A stretch of DNA of 64,000 bases from an uncultured Gemmatimonadales bacterium. Lineage in GTDB: Bacteria > Gemmatimonadota > Gemmatimonadetes > Gemmatimonadales > GWC2-71-9. How positions within the stretch are numbered: position 1 is the stretch's first letter; the number at the start of each line of letters is the position of its first letter. Positions 46,159-56,169 of the stretch are shown one piece after another. Under the pieces are notes generated by a model. The model did not search any database. It was given only the letters and a program-made list of their open reading frames with translations, and was not told the DNA's origin. Where the stretch lies: positions 39,320 through 103,319 of the forward strand of contig CAWBMQ010000003.1 of assembly GCA_963789925.1 (NCBI GenBank), written 5' to 3'. The position numbers and the translations under genes were made by a program.

Positions 46159-47265
46159 ATGCCCACGTTCGCACCCCGACTCGCGGTGGTCCTCGTCGCG
46201 TTGAGCGCGATCTGCACCGCTGCGCCGATCGCCGCCCAGGGTACGCCGGCGATGGCGACCATCTACCTCAAGGAAGGTGGGACCATTCAGGGCCAGATCC
46301 TGAACGAGAACGATCCCAACGGGGTCCGCGTCAGGAGCGCCAAGTCCGGTACCAATTTCGTCCTCAAGACGATCTGGATCGACAGCATCGTGAAGGCGCC
46401 GACCGCGCCGTCCTCAGCACCCGCGCTGGCCTCGGCACCGTCATCGGCTCCGGCACCAGCTGCCCGGCTTCTGTTGCGCTATCGGCTCCGGCCATGTCCG
46501 CTCCGCCTGTGTGGGCCCGAGCCACAGCCGCTCCAGCAGCGTCCGCTCCGGGTGCGGCTCGGCCGTAGCCGCTCCAGCCGTAACCGCTCCAGCCGCGCCT
46601 ATCAGAGCGCACGGTCCGGTTGCGCCGGCTCCGGCAATGCCGGCTCCGGCTGTAACCGCACCTTCGGCGACCAGTGCCCCCGTGCAATCCGAACCGCTGC
46701 CCGCGAGGCCGGTGGTTTCGGCTCCGGTGGTGGACGCACTCGATCCACCGCCCGCTGCAGCCCCGGCGGCACCGGCGGCCAAGCGAGCAAGAGCAGCGCG
46801 GAGAAGAAGCCCGCGAAGTTCTCGCACTGGTATGTGGGTGGCGGCGCTTCGGCCCCGATGGGTGACATGAGCAGCGGGACCGATCTCGGATACACCGGCA
46901 TGCTGGCGTACTCTGCCGGCGTCGGCAAAATGGCTCAGGTGCGCGTGGGCGGCGCAGGCAACTACTGGTCGGCAAGCACCGGCGACGCCAACGCCTACGA
47001 CATGACTGCGACATTCGACGTGCTGTTCGGCAAGCGCATCCCCGGCTTCATCGCCCCGTATGCGCTGCTCGGTGGCGTGGGTGGTGTGCGCAACACGTCA
47101 CCTCCGCCTGGCTTCGCCGGATATGCGCGTAACCCGCTCTTCGGCGGACGCGTGGGTGCCGGGCTCAACTCGCGTCGCATCTTCATCGAGGCGAGTTATC
47201 AGAAGGTCTGGGTCGATGGGGCATCGATGGGTTTCGTACCCATCGTCCTCGGGTTCCGGTTCTAG
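46159..47265 (+). pseudogene. Secreted protein with an N-terminal domain, PA-rich linker and C-terminal outer-membrane beta-barrel-like domain; the linker is apparently mis-framed
   Basis: GAGAGGAG precedes the ATG at 46159. Signal peptide MPTFAPRLAVVLVALSAICTAAPIAAQ. The C-terminus ...SYQKVWVDGASMGFVPIVLGFRF ends in Phe. The middle of the open frame is Arg/Cys-rich nonsense, while the other two frames read PA-rich linker text. Confidence 0.65.
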
Positions 47266-47306
47266 ACTCAAGGGGAAGAGTGACAAAGAAAGAGGGAAGG
47301 GGGAAG

Positions 47307-47330
47307 AGGGAAGAGTCGTCCCTCTTCCCT
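47307..47330. terminator. Hairpin between convergent genes inside a polypurine tract
   Basis: AGGGAAGAG (47307-47315), loop tcgtcc, CTCTTCCCT (47322-47330). It is flanked by pyrimidine- or T-rich runs on both strands. Confidence 0.45.
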
Positions 47331-47357
47331 TCTTCTTCCTCTCATTCCCTCACATCC

Positions 47358-48422
47358 TCACGCCTTGTTCAGCGCTGCAATCGCCCCTTCGATCCGCCGC
47401 TTCTGTACCGGGTCCCCGACCATGCCCAGCGCCTTCTGATAGTTCGCGATCGCGAGCTTCTTGTTCCCCATGTTGCCGTAGCATTCGGCCAGGCTGTCCC
47501 AGGTGTTCCATGACTGCGGGTAGGTCTTGGTGTTCTTGATGAATACCGCCAGCGCCTCGTCCTTCTTGCCCTGCTGCATCAACTGGTAGCCGTACACGTT
47601 CATGTCCGCTTCGGTGGCAACGGACAATGCGCGCGTCTTGAGGGAGTCAGCCCCGGCCTGGTTTCCCTCCTTGGCCAGGATGCGCGACTTGAGCATCAGG
47701 TTCTGGTAGTTGGCACCGAGCCCGATGGCCGTGTCGGCCCAGGCGCTCGCGGTGGCGAGCTGGTCGTGGTTGAAGGCCCATGCAGAGGCCTGCCTCCAGG
47801 CGTCGGGGAAGAACTTGGGAAGGCCGCGCAGTTGCTGCTGCAGGCTGTCCATGACCACCTGTGTGCTGTTGACCGAGATGGTGAACGGCAGTGCCAGCTT
47901 CTCCCACCGCAGCGTAACCGTCACGGCATCCGCCTTCGGGTCATCGAAGGTGTACTCCAGCCGTTCCGTCATCTCCCCGGCACCCGGTGTCGCAGTGAAC
48001 CGCAGGACGTCCTCGGCCTGGTTGTAGCTGAAGTGCCCCCACGCGTTCGCTTCCTTGCTGATGATCACCGTCCATTGCTGGGGCGTCGGGAGCATGAAGA
48101 GGCCATAGCGGCCGGCGGGCAACTGCTTCCCGTTGATGGTCACTGGCGACGTGAAGGCCAGCACCGTGTTCACGTTGGCCCCTGCCCGCCACACCGAGTC
48201 GTACGGCACCAGTCCACCCCAGATCTTCCGTCCGTCCACACCGGGGCGGTCGTACGTCACCGAGATGTTGGTGAGACCGATCGTCTGCGTCACCGAGGCG
48301 CGCTGGCTCCCGAATGGAACGGTCAGATAAAAGGCTTGTGCGGCAACGGGAGAGGTCTGTGCGATGAGGGCGAGCAGGATGGACAGGCTGACGGAAAAAC
48401 CGGCAACACGGTTGCTGCGCAT
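47358..48422 (-). CDS. Secreted DUF2911-domain protein with C-terminal TPR repeats
   Basis: Signal peptide MRSNRVAGFSVSLSILLALIAQTSPVAAQ. DUF2911 text ISVTYDRPGVDGRKIWGGLVPYD.VWR.GAN..T...F...V.I.GK.LPAG.Y.LF. The tail has TPR-like helices. The ORF opens at 48548. Confidence 0.8.
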   Translation of the reverse strand: MRSNRVAGFSVSLSILLALIAQTSPVAAQAFYLTVPFGSQRASVTQTIGLTNISVTYDRPGVDGRKIWGGLVPYDSVWRAGANVNTVLAFTSPVTINGKQLPAGRYGLFMLPTPQQWTVIISKEANAWGHFSYNQAEDVLRFTATPGAGEMTERLEYTFDDPKADAVTVTLRWEKLALPFTISVNSTQVVMDSLQQQLRGLPKFFPDAWRQASAWAFNHDQLATASAWADTAIGLGANYQNLMLKSRILAKEGNQAGADSLKTRALSVATEADMNVYGYQLMQQGKKDEALAVFIKNTKTYPQSWNTWDSLAECYGNMGNKKLAIANYQKALGMVGDPVQKRRIEGAIAALNKA

Positions 48423-48517
48423 CGGGCCTCCGGGTGGACTGACAGGGATGTCAACCCTACGGGGCCTGTCCGGGGAAGGTTCCGGCCGGCTTGACTCCCA
48501 CTTGATCCCTCGGCCCG

Positions 48518-49033
48518 ATGGTTCTCCCGACCTCAATCGGGAGTGCACGCGTGCATCACCTCATCGTGTGGCGCCGTACCGTGGCCGTCCTGCACCTGAC
48601 CAGCTACACCATCACGGCTACCGGCTGCACTGGCTGGAAGAACCGGGGCGGTGACGCCGCGGCCGTCATTACGCCAACACCTGCACCAGTGACCGATATC
48701 GCTTCCAGCGAGTCGAGCGGCGTTCCGTGGTACGCCACACCGCTGCCGGTCCACGCGGACACGCCCGACACCGTGCGGCGCATCCGGATCACGACGACAC
48801 AGGGCACCGTCGAGCTGCACAACCCGCGCGTGGCAAACGACTCGCTCTACGGCCAGCAAACCAAGAATGGGCCCGAGACCGCCTTCGCACTCGGTGAAGT
48901 CACGAAAGTCGAGACGCACGGGCTCAAGGCTGTGAATACGGGGCTGCTGGTAGTCGGTCTGATGGCCGCGTCGCTCGTAGTCGTGGTCGGAGGCTTTGTG
49001 GTGACCGGTTGTGACCCGGTCTACGGCTGCTGA
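48518..49033 (+). CDS. Hypothetical lipoprotein with a C-terminal TM segment
   Basis: Possible lipobox ITATGC. C-terminal hydrophobic segment LLVVGLMAASLVVVVGGFVV. The start is uncertain. Confidence 0.45.
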   Translation: MVLPTSIGSARVHHLIVWRRTVAVLHLTSYTITATGCTGWKNRGGDAAAVITPTPAPVTDIASSESSGVPWYATPLPVHADTPDTVRRIRITTTQGTVELHNPRVANDSLYGQQTKNGPETAFALGEVTKVETHGLKAVNTGLLVVGLMAASLVVVVGGFVVTGCDPVYGC

Positions 49034-49039
49034 GCGGCG

Positions 49040-50062
49040 CTAGGGCGTGGTTAGCGGTCCCATCTTCACGACCTCGAAGTCGCTGCCGTGCACCTGGCGG
49101 AACGCGTCGAAGATGGCCGGATCCCACCGCGTATCGGAGACGCCGCTCACATACCAGTTGGACCCGTTGTCGGCCACGATCATCCCGTAGGTCTTCATCG
49201 CCTGCAGCACCACCTGCGCGTGCGCCGGGAAGCTGCTGAGGTCGAATCCCTGCTTCAGGCGGACGCGCATTCCCATTGGCGGGAGGTCCGTGCTCGCATT
49301 GCTGCTGGCCCAGTGCCGGGCCGGGGCCACGTAGGCCCGGCGGCTGTTCCGGACGGTGAACCGGAGCGCGTGACGGATCTGTCCCGCCGCCGCTTCGTCG
49401 TAGCGCGCGAGGCCTGGAAAGATCGGCAGCCCCGCCGCATCGGCTGAGGTCCAACCCGCAGGCCGGAGCGCATTCGAGTTGAGGTCGTAGATGGCACCCG
49501 AACCGGCGGTCCACGGCTGCCCCGACGACGCCGGGGGATATGCCGCGTAGAGCTCGTACAGGATCCAGCTGTCCCGGTCGATCATCAGGATGTGCCGGTC
49601 GCCGCTGCTTCCGCTGCCGCCCTCGATCGGGGGGCTGGGCGGGATCGGATAGGGGCCGGGATCACTTTCGTCGGCATAGTCGAAGGTGACGTTCGCCCTG
49701 GGGGTGCTCCCATCCACCACCACGTACGGAATCCCGTACTCCGTTTCCGTGGTGCCCCAGTCAGGATGGAGGGCGGTGGTCAGACCGATGCTGGCGATCA
49801 GCGCGTCGGAGTTGGGGTCCACTTGCGCCGTGTCGATCCGGACGTTCCAGGCGTTGTCGCCTGGGAACGGGATCTTCCCGTTGAGGCTGGCATTGGTGCC
49901 AAGCTCGGGAGTGCCCGGTGGATTCGCCGGTGGCAGCACCGGCGGGTTGGCAGGCGGATTCCCGACCGGCGGCGGTTCGTTGCCGGCGGCCTCCGATCCA
50001 CCGCACCCGGCGAGCAGGATCAGGCAGCTCGCTATCGTCGCACTCTGCAGAACTCGGCGCAT
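49040..50062 (-). CDS. Conserved secreted lipoprotein of unknown function
   Basis: Lipobox LLAGC and a Pro-rich linker. Conserved-looking blocks GDRHILMIDRD..ILYELY, GWTSADAAGLPIFPGLARYDE, IRHALRFTV and YGMIVADNGSNWYVSG. The ORF opens at 50161. Confidence 0.65.
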   Translation of the reverse strand: MRRVLQSATIASCLILLAGCGGSEAAGNEPPPVGNPPANPPVLPPANPPGTPELGTNASLNGKIPFPGDNAWNVRIDTAQVDPNSDALIASIGLTTALHPDWGTTETEYGIPYVVVDGSTPRANVTFDYADESDPGPYPIPPSPPIEGGSGSSGDRHILMIDRDSWILYELYAAYPPASSGQPWTAGSGAIYDLNSNALRPAGWTSADAAGLPIFPGLARYDEAAAGQIRHALRFTVRNSRRAYVAPARHWASSNASTDLPPMGMRVRLKQGFDLSSFPAHAQVVLQAMKTYGMIVADNGSNWYVSGVSDTRWDPAIFDAFRQVHGSDFEVVKMGPLTTP

Positions 50063-50323
50063 CGCACGGCCCCCGTGACGTCGTTGCCCGTCCCTCCCGC
50101 CCTGCCGAGTGTGCCTGCCTGCCGTTTCCATGCCGTGCCGTGATGCAGAAACCCGCAGCAACCCCCTCTTTCAGCGTCCGCGAACCGCCATTTCTTCCGA
50201 CTGTAAAAAACGTCGCCGCTGTCGTCATCGAGGCAGTGCAAGAGGCACGTGCATTGCGACATAGATAGACATCCGCCGTTCTATCCGCCGCAGAGCAGGG
50301 CGTTCACGTCGAAGGAGCTCGTC

Positions 50324-52663
50324 ATGACTTTCCTCAAGGGCCTCAAGCGCCAGGAAACCGGTCCGACCCCCGGTGAGATCCGCACGGTGCTTTCAGCCAT
50401 CCAGCGTGAGCGCAGCAGCCTGGAATCGCTGGTCGTTCGCGCCGAGGCGGCTGCGGGCGAGCTGCAGGCGGCCCAGTCGGGTGACAGCGCTGCCATGGCT
50501 GCCGTCCTGGGCGAGCGGGTCGCCACCCTGGAACAGCAGCTCCGCGCCATCGACGCGCTCTCGCCCACCCTCGAGCGGGCCATGATGCGGCTCACCGCCT
50601 TCGATGAGTCGTGGACCAGTGCCGAGGCGAAGATCGCCGCCATCGAGGAGCGGACCAGCACCGCCACGGGCATCGTGGGCGCAATGAAGGAGCAGAGCGA
50701 ACGCCTGCCGGAGGTGCAGCACCAGATCGGCGTCCTCCGCGCGCTCGCCGAGCAGACCACCCAGAAGCTTGCCGCCCTGGAACAGCAGCGTGACCTGATC
50801 GACCGCACCAGCGGCCAGGTGACCCACCTCTTCGGCATGCTGCCGCAGCTCGAGTCCGGCTTCCGCCGCCAGGACGAGCTGCTCCGCCTCCTCCGCGAGC
50901 TCGAGGTCCGCGTCAATGCCGCGGACGAGACCCAGCGACGGGTTTCGCACGAGACCGAGTCCCTCGGCTCGCGGCAGACAGGCCTCAACGCCGAGGAGAA
51001 CACTCTTCGCGAGGCACTGAACGCTCTGCGCGCCGACATGGAGCGGAGTGTGTCGCTGGTGGAGCAGGAGCGCCGCGGCATGGACTCCCTTGCCGAGCGC
51101 ATCGCCGAGATCCGCGCCGAAGTGCGGGAGTACGAATCGAAGCTCCAGGTGCTGAACGAATCGGGCCGTCACATCGTCGGCCTCCACGGCCAGACCCAGC
51201 ATCTCTACGCCCAGGTCTCCGGGCTCACCACGGAGTTCAAGGCGCTCGGGGAGAAGGCGGAGCGCGCGCGAATCCTCCAGGCGGAGGCCGCCCGGCTCGA
51301 GCAGTTGCTCGCCGGCCTCGGCCTCCGGGTCCAGAAGATCGAGGACGCCCGCCCCGCGGTTGAGACCGCCATGCGCGATCTCAGCGTTCTCCGTGGATCG
51401 GAGGACGCCGTGCGTGATGCCCTGGAGGAGGTCGGCCGCGCGCAGCAGGAACTGGCGCGCCTGCGCGAGGCCCAGGGTGACACCGAGAATTGGCTGGCGC
51501 GGAGCGACGAGTCCACCCGGACTCTCAAGGGCCAGGTGACCGAACTGCTCGCCCTCGAGCCGCTGGTGGAGCGCGTGCGCAAGGATGTCGATCGCGTCAG
51601 CACGTCGCTCGACCTGGCCGACACTCGCTGCGCCCAGCTCGACGACCTCAGCCAGCGCGTCGCCAACATGCACGCGCTCGGCTATGAACTGAACGAGCGC
51701 ACCGCGGCGCTCATCGCGCGGATGGATGGGGCCGACCAGCGCTTCAGCAGCATCGCGAGCCGGGCTGATGAGGCCGACAGTGTCGCCGACCGGTTTGGCG
51801 AGGTGGCAAACTGGATCGGCGACGCCGACCGGCGCATGTCATCGCTGTCCGAGGCGCTGGATGGCCTGAACGGCAAGGCGCGCATGGCCGATGAGCTCAA
51901 GGAGCGGCTGCGCCACCTGGAAGACGAGCTCTCCCGCCGTGAGGGCGGACTCGAGCGCGCCCTGGAGCAGCTTGGTCGCGCTGCCGAACTCCGCCGCGAG
52001 GGCGCGGACAGCGCCGAGCGACTGGAGGAAGTGGTGCGGACGCTCACCGCGTCGCTCGCAACGGCGGAAGAGCGGTCGCGCGAGCTGGACCGGAGCACGA
52101 CCGACCTGGGCGAGCGCAGCATCGCGCTCAACCTGGTACAGGACCAGTTGCGCCAGTTCGAGGAGCACTTGTCACGCTGGCAGGTCGCCGAGCGCGAGAT
52201 GAGCCGCGCCACCGAGGCGGTGCTGAGCCGGCAGGAAGCGGTGGACACGCTGCAGAAGGAAGTGCGGCAGGTGCACGCGGAAGCGTCCCAGACGCTCGCA
52301 GCGGCGCGGTCGATCAGCGAAGCGCGGCGTGAGGTGGAGGAAACCACCCGGGTCGTGCTCGAGACCCAGGCCCAGCTGCGCCAGGCCACTGGCGCCGTGG
52401 AAGCGCTCGAACTCCGTCGCCAGCAGGTGGAGCGGGCCGAAGCCCGTCTGTCACGCGCCGAGGCGATGACCCTGGATCTTCGTGCGAGCCTCGAATCACT
52501 TCATGGTCAGCGGGCCGTGCTCGACCAGGCGCTGGAAAAGGCCGGCAGCCTCTCGCTGCACATGAAGCAGGCCGAGTCGGTCATCGAGCAGCTGCGGGAG
52601 GAGCGGACGCTGGCGGATCGCGTCCGCGCGGCAGTGGTGGCGCTGCGGCAGGAGGACGAGTAG
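50324..52663 (+). CDS. 779-aa all-helical coiled-coil protein of unknown function
   Basis: GAAGGAG precedes the ATG at 50324. Uninterrupted E/R/A/L/Q heptad-like text runs to the end. No TM helix, Walker motif or CxxC was seen. Confidence 0.7.
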   Translation: MTFLKGLKRQETGPTPGEIRTVLSAIQRERSSLESLVVRAEAAAGELQAAQSGDSAAMAAVLGERVATLEQQLRAIDALSPTLERAMMRLTAFDESWTSAEAKIAAIEERTSTATGIVGAMKEQSERLPEVQHQIGVLRALAEQTTQKLAALEQQRDLIDRTSGQVTHLFGMLPQLESGFRRQDELLRLLRELEVRVNAADETQRRVSHETESLGSRQTGLNAEENTLREALNALRADMERSVSLVEQERRGMDSLAERIAEIRAEVREYESKLQVLNESGRHIVGLHGQTQHLYAQVSGLTTEFKALGEKAERARILQAEAARLEQLLAGLGLRVQKIEDARPAVETAMRDLSVLRGSEDAVRDALEEVGRAQQELARLREAQGDTENWLARSDESTRTLKGQVTELLALEPLVERVRKDVDRVSTSLDLADTRCAQLDDLSQRVANMHALGYELNERTAALIARMDGADQRFSSIASRADEADSVADRFGEVANWIGDADRRMSSLSEALDGLNGKARMADELKERLRHLEDELSRREGGLERALEQLGRAAELRREGADSAERLEEVVRTLTASLATAEERSRELDRSTTDLGERSIALNLVQDQLRQFEEHLSRWQVAEREMSRATEAVLSRQEAVDTLQKEVRQVHAEASQTLAAARSISEARREVEETTRVVLETQAQLRQATGAVEALELRRQQVERAEARLSRAEAMTLDLRASLESLHGQRAVLDQALEKAGSLSLHMKQAESVIEQLREERTLADRVRAAVVALRQEDE

Positions 52664-52671
52664 CAGGCTCG

Positions 52672-55266
52672 CTAGCCTTGTAGCCGCGAGATCGCGGCTA
52701 CAAGGTCGGGCACTTCAGTCAGCACCGGCAGCATCGGGTCGTGCTTCAGCTTCCCAAGCCGGGCCTCCATGTTCGAGATCGTAAACTCCCGAGGGTCCAG
52801 CGTCGGCGTCACCTCGCTCCACTCGAGTGGCGCCGACACCGGAGCGCCCGGCAACGGGCGCACACTGTAGGGCGCCACGATCGTCTTGCCTCGCCCGTTC
52901 TGCAGGTAGTCCACATACACCTTCCCCGACCGACGCTCCACCTGTCGCATGATCGTGGAGATATCGGGCAGCTCCGCCACGACGCAGGCGCGCCAGGAGC
53001 TCCCCGAATGACCGGCACTGGTCATAGGTGAGCTGCTGTCCCAGCGGGATCATCACGTGCAGGCCGCTCGACCCCGTGGTCTTGATGTAGTGCGGCAGGC
53101 CGACGTCACCACAGCGTGCGTGGATCAAGTGCGCCACTTTCACCACGTCGGTGAACGGAGCCTCCTTCGGGTCCAGGTCGAGGATGCACCAGTCGGGTCT
53201 CTCCAGCGACGCCACCCGGCTGCCCCACATGTGCAGGGGGATCGACCCCAGGTTCACGACGTACAGCAGCGACTCCATATCCTCGCACACGATGTAGTCG
53301 ATCTCGCGATGCGGGTCCTCGCTCCATTGCCTCACCGTGCGCACCCATTCCGGCACGAAGTCGGGCGCATCCTTCTGGAAGAACGACTTGCCCTCGATAC
53401 CGTCGGGGTAGCGGGTAAGGACAAGTGGTCGATCGCGCAGATAGGGAAGAAGCCAGGGGGCGACCATTCTGTAATAGTCGATAAGTTGGCCCTTGGTGTA
53501 TCCATCCTTCGGCCAGTAGACCTTCTTGAGGTTGGAGAACGGAACTTCCCGCTTCAGTTCCTCCCCACCCTCCCCGGTCTTCCCGCCATTCGTGCCCGGC
53601 GCGCCATTCCCGGCCTCCCCGTCTTCAGCGGCCCTCCGGACACACTCCTCCGGTTTCTTGTCGTCCCGGAATCGCAGGAACACCGGATGACGCAACACCC
53701 CTTCGTTGGTCCACTCGGTGAACCGGACCTCGGCCACGAGATTCGGTTCCACCCACGTCGTGGACTCGAAATCGGCGACCGTCATCCCGTAGTCGCCCGC
53801 GGTGGGCGCCTTCGCCCTGGCACCCTTCTTCGACGCCGCCACCGGTTCGGCCCGCGGATCGCGCGGGGGCAGGCATGGTGGCGTCTTCCGGGTCATTCCC
53901 TCCAGTTCCTTGCGGACGTCACCCAGTTGCTGGTCGTCAAAACCGCTGCCCGCGCGTCCGGCGTACACCAGCTGCTTCCCGATGAATTGTGCGAGGTGCA
54001 GTGCGCCGAAGCCGGCGCGACTGCCCCTGGGCGCGGTGAATCCCACCACCACGAACTCGTCGCTTCGCGCCGCCTTGATCTTGAGCCACACCGGTGACCG
54101 TCCCCCTTTGTAGGGGCTGTCACCCTTCTTCGCGATGATTCCCTCGAGGCCCATGCGCTCCACCTGAGAGAAGAACGCTTCGCCCTGCTTCTCGATGTGG
54201 TCGAGGTAGCGGAGCGGGCCGGCCGGCGGCACCACTCGTGCGAGGACGGCCTTTCGCTCCACCAGCGGCAGGGTTCGCAGGTCGTAGCCCTCGAGGGAGG
54301 GGAGGTCGAAGGCATAGAGCGTGGCCGGCGATTCGACCGCGGCGCGGCGAATGTCGAGCGGTCGCCGCAGTCGCGCACGTTGCTGAAGGCGCTGGAAGTT
54401 CGGGTGTCCCTTGTCGTCGAGGGTCACCACTTCCCCATCAATGATCACGTTGGTCATGGGCAGGGCGCGCAGCGACCGCACCACCTCGGGAAACGATGCG
54501 GAGAGGTCGTTCCCGTTGCGCGAAAGCAGTCTCGCCTCGGTTCCCCGCCGTTCAGCGAGCACCCGCCACCCATCGAGCTTGAGCTCGAACACCCAGCCTG
54601 CCTTGCTGAATGGCTCGTCGCCATTCTCGCACAGCATCAGCTTGATGTCGTCGCCCTTGAGGTCGGCCTTCCGCGAGCTTCTGCCGCTCGAGCTCGGCGG
54701 TCACCGACGTCACCACTTCCGCGCTGTCGCGCAGGCGCTCCACCGACAGCCCCGACAGCACCGACTCCGGCGGGAACGTGCCGCCCTTTTCGACGTATCC
54801 GTCGCGCTCCTTGATCAGGAGCCACTCCTTCTCGCCCTTCTTGAGCTTCACCAGGGTCCACATGCCCTTGAGCTTGTAGCCCTTGAGCTCGAAAAGGAGC
54901 TTCCCCTTCGCCAGTCCCTCCCGCGTGTCCCCGTGCGGGATCCACTTCCCCTTGTCCCAGACGATCATCGACCCCGCGCCGTAGTTGCCGGCGGGAATCA
55001 CTCCCTCGAAGTCGGCGTACTCGATCGGATGATCCTCGGTCTGGACGGCGAGACGCTTGTCGGCAGGATCGGGAGAGGGGCCCTTGGGGACGGCGAACGA
55101 GAGAAGGACCCCGTCGAGTTCCAGGCGGAGGTCCCAGTGAAGGTTGCGGGCCGCATGCTGGTGCACCACGAACAGCCCCGCCCAGCTCCGGGGAGACGAC
55201 TCCCGCCGGTTCCGGGGTACTATCGGCAGTCCGTTTGGCCCGGTATTTCTCTAGGTCACGAGGCAT
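52672..55266 (-). pseudogene. ligD: Multidomain NHEJ DNA ligase LigD (phosphoesterase-ligase-polymerase), at least 3 frame changes
   Basis: MPRDLEKYRAKR (ATG 55266), then the PE domain FVVHQHAARNLHWDLRLE (ORF 54552-55169). ORF 52715-54637 carries the ligase KxDG motif (FELKLDGWR) and the Prim-Pol domain (YWPKDGYTKGQLIDYY...LYVVNLGSIPLHMW). The Pol C-terminus VVAELPDISTIMRQVERRSGKVYVDYLQN is in ORF 52672-53025. Frame breaks lie near 55185, 54655 and 52990. Confidence 0.85.
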
Positions 55267-55323
55267 GCAATATTTCCCGTGTCCGCCTTGCGGCATCACC
55301 GTTCAACGGTTGGCCTGATCCCT

Positions 55324-56166
55324 ATGCCTGCACGTTCCATCGGCTCCGCCACGATTTCCTTCGGACTGGTCTCGGTCCCGGTCAGCCTGTTCTCCACCGC
55401 CGAGTCCTCCGCCAGCGTTTCATTCAACATGCTGGACAAGAAGACTGGCACCCGGCTCAAGCAGCAGTACGTCGTGCCCACCGACAGTAATCGCGTCGTC
55501 GAGAAGGACGAGATCGCCAAGGGCTACGAGTTCTCCAAGGGGCAGTATGTCGTCTTCAGCCCCGAGGAACTCAAGGCCCTCGACGAGAAGGCCACCAACT
55601 CCATTGATATCGCCGAGTTCGTGCCGCTCGACAAGATCGATCGCGTCTACCTCGACAAGGCCTACTTCCTCGGGCCGGACAAGGGCGGCGAGCGCGCGTA
55701 TCACCTGCTGGCCAAGGCACTGGTGGAGACCGGACGCGCGGCACTCGGACAATATGCTGCGCGGGGCAAGCAGAACCTGGTGCTCGTGCGGCCCACCGCG
55801 GACGGTGTGCTGGTCATGGAACAGTTGCACTACGCCGATGAGCTCAAGAAGGCGTCGGATGTGCCGATCCCGGAGACCACGGTGAAGGACACCGAGCTCA
55901 AGCTCGCCAAGCAGCTGATCGAGCAGACCGCCACCGACGAGTTCCAGCCGGAGAAGTATCACGACCAGGTTCGCGACCGGGTGCTGCAGGCCATCCAGGC
56001 CAAGGTGGACGGGCAGGAAATTACCTCGGAGCCCGAGGAAAAGGCGCCCACCAAGATCATCGACCTGATGGAAGCGTTGAAGGCGAGCCTGGCGAAGGGA
56101 GGCGGCGAGTCGGCGAAGGCCACGACCGCCAAGCCGGCAAGGAAGAAGGCGCGGAAAGCGTCGTAG
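55324..56166 (+). CDS. ku: Ku protein (bacterial NHEJ DNA-end binding)
   Basis: MPARSIGSATISFGLVSVPVSLFSA-type opening, YVVFSPEELKAL, DRVYLDKAYFLGPD, and a Lys-rich tail AKPARKKARKAS. Divergent from ligD across a 57-nt spacer. Confidence 0.9.
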   Translation: MPARSIGSATISFGLVSVPVSLFSTAESSASVSFNMLDKKTGTRLKQQYVVPTDSNRVVEKDEIAKGYEFSKGQYVVFSPEELKALDEKATNSIDIAEFVPLDKIDRVYLDKAYFLGPDKGGERAYHLLAKALVETGRAALGQYAARGKQNLVLVRPTADGVLVMEQLHYADELKKASDVPIPETTVKDTELKLAKQLIEQTATDEFQPEKYHDQVRDRVLQAIQAKVDGQEITSEPEEKAPTKIIDLMEALKASLAKGGGESAKATTAKPARKKARKAS

Positions 56167-56169
56167 CGC

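Noticed and set aside
45885-46262. A 125-aa ORF on the minus strand in the kinase-OMP spacer.
   Set aside because: It overlaps the RBS and signal-peptide region of the well-supported + strand gene at 46159. It has no RBS or motif of its own, and a + strand terminator lies inside the region.
50324-52663. The coiled-coil protein as an SMC/Rad50/RecN-like repair ATPase, given its position next to ligD.
   Set aside because: There is no Walker A or B motif, signature motif, hinge or zinc hook anywhere in the 779 aa. Only the coiled coil is present.
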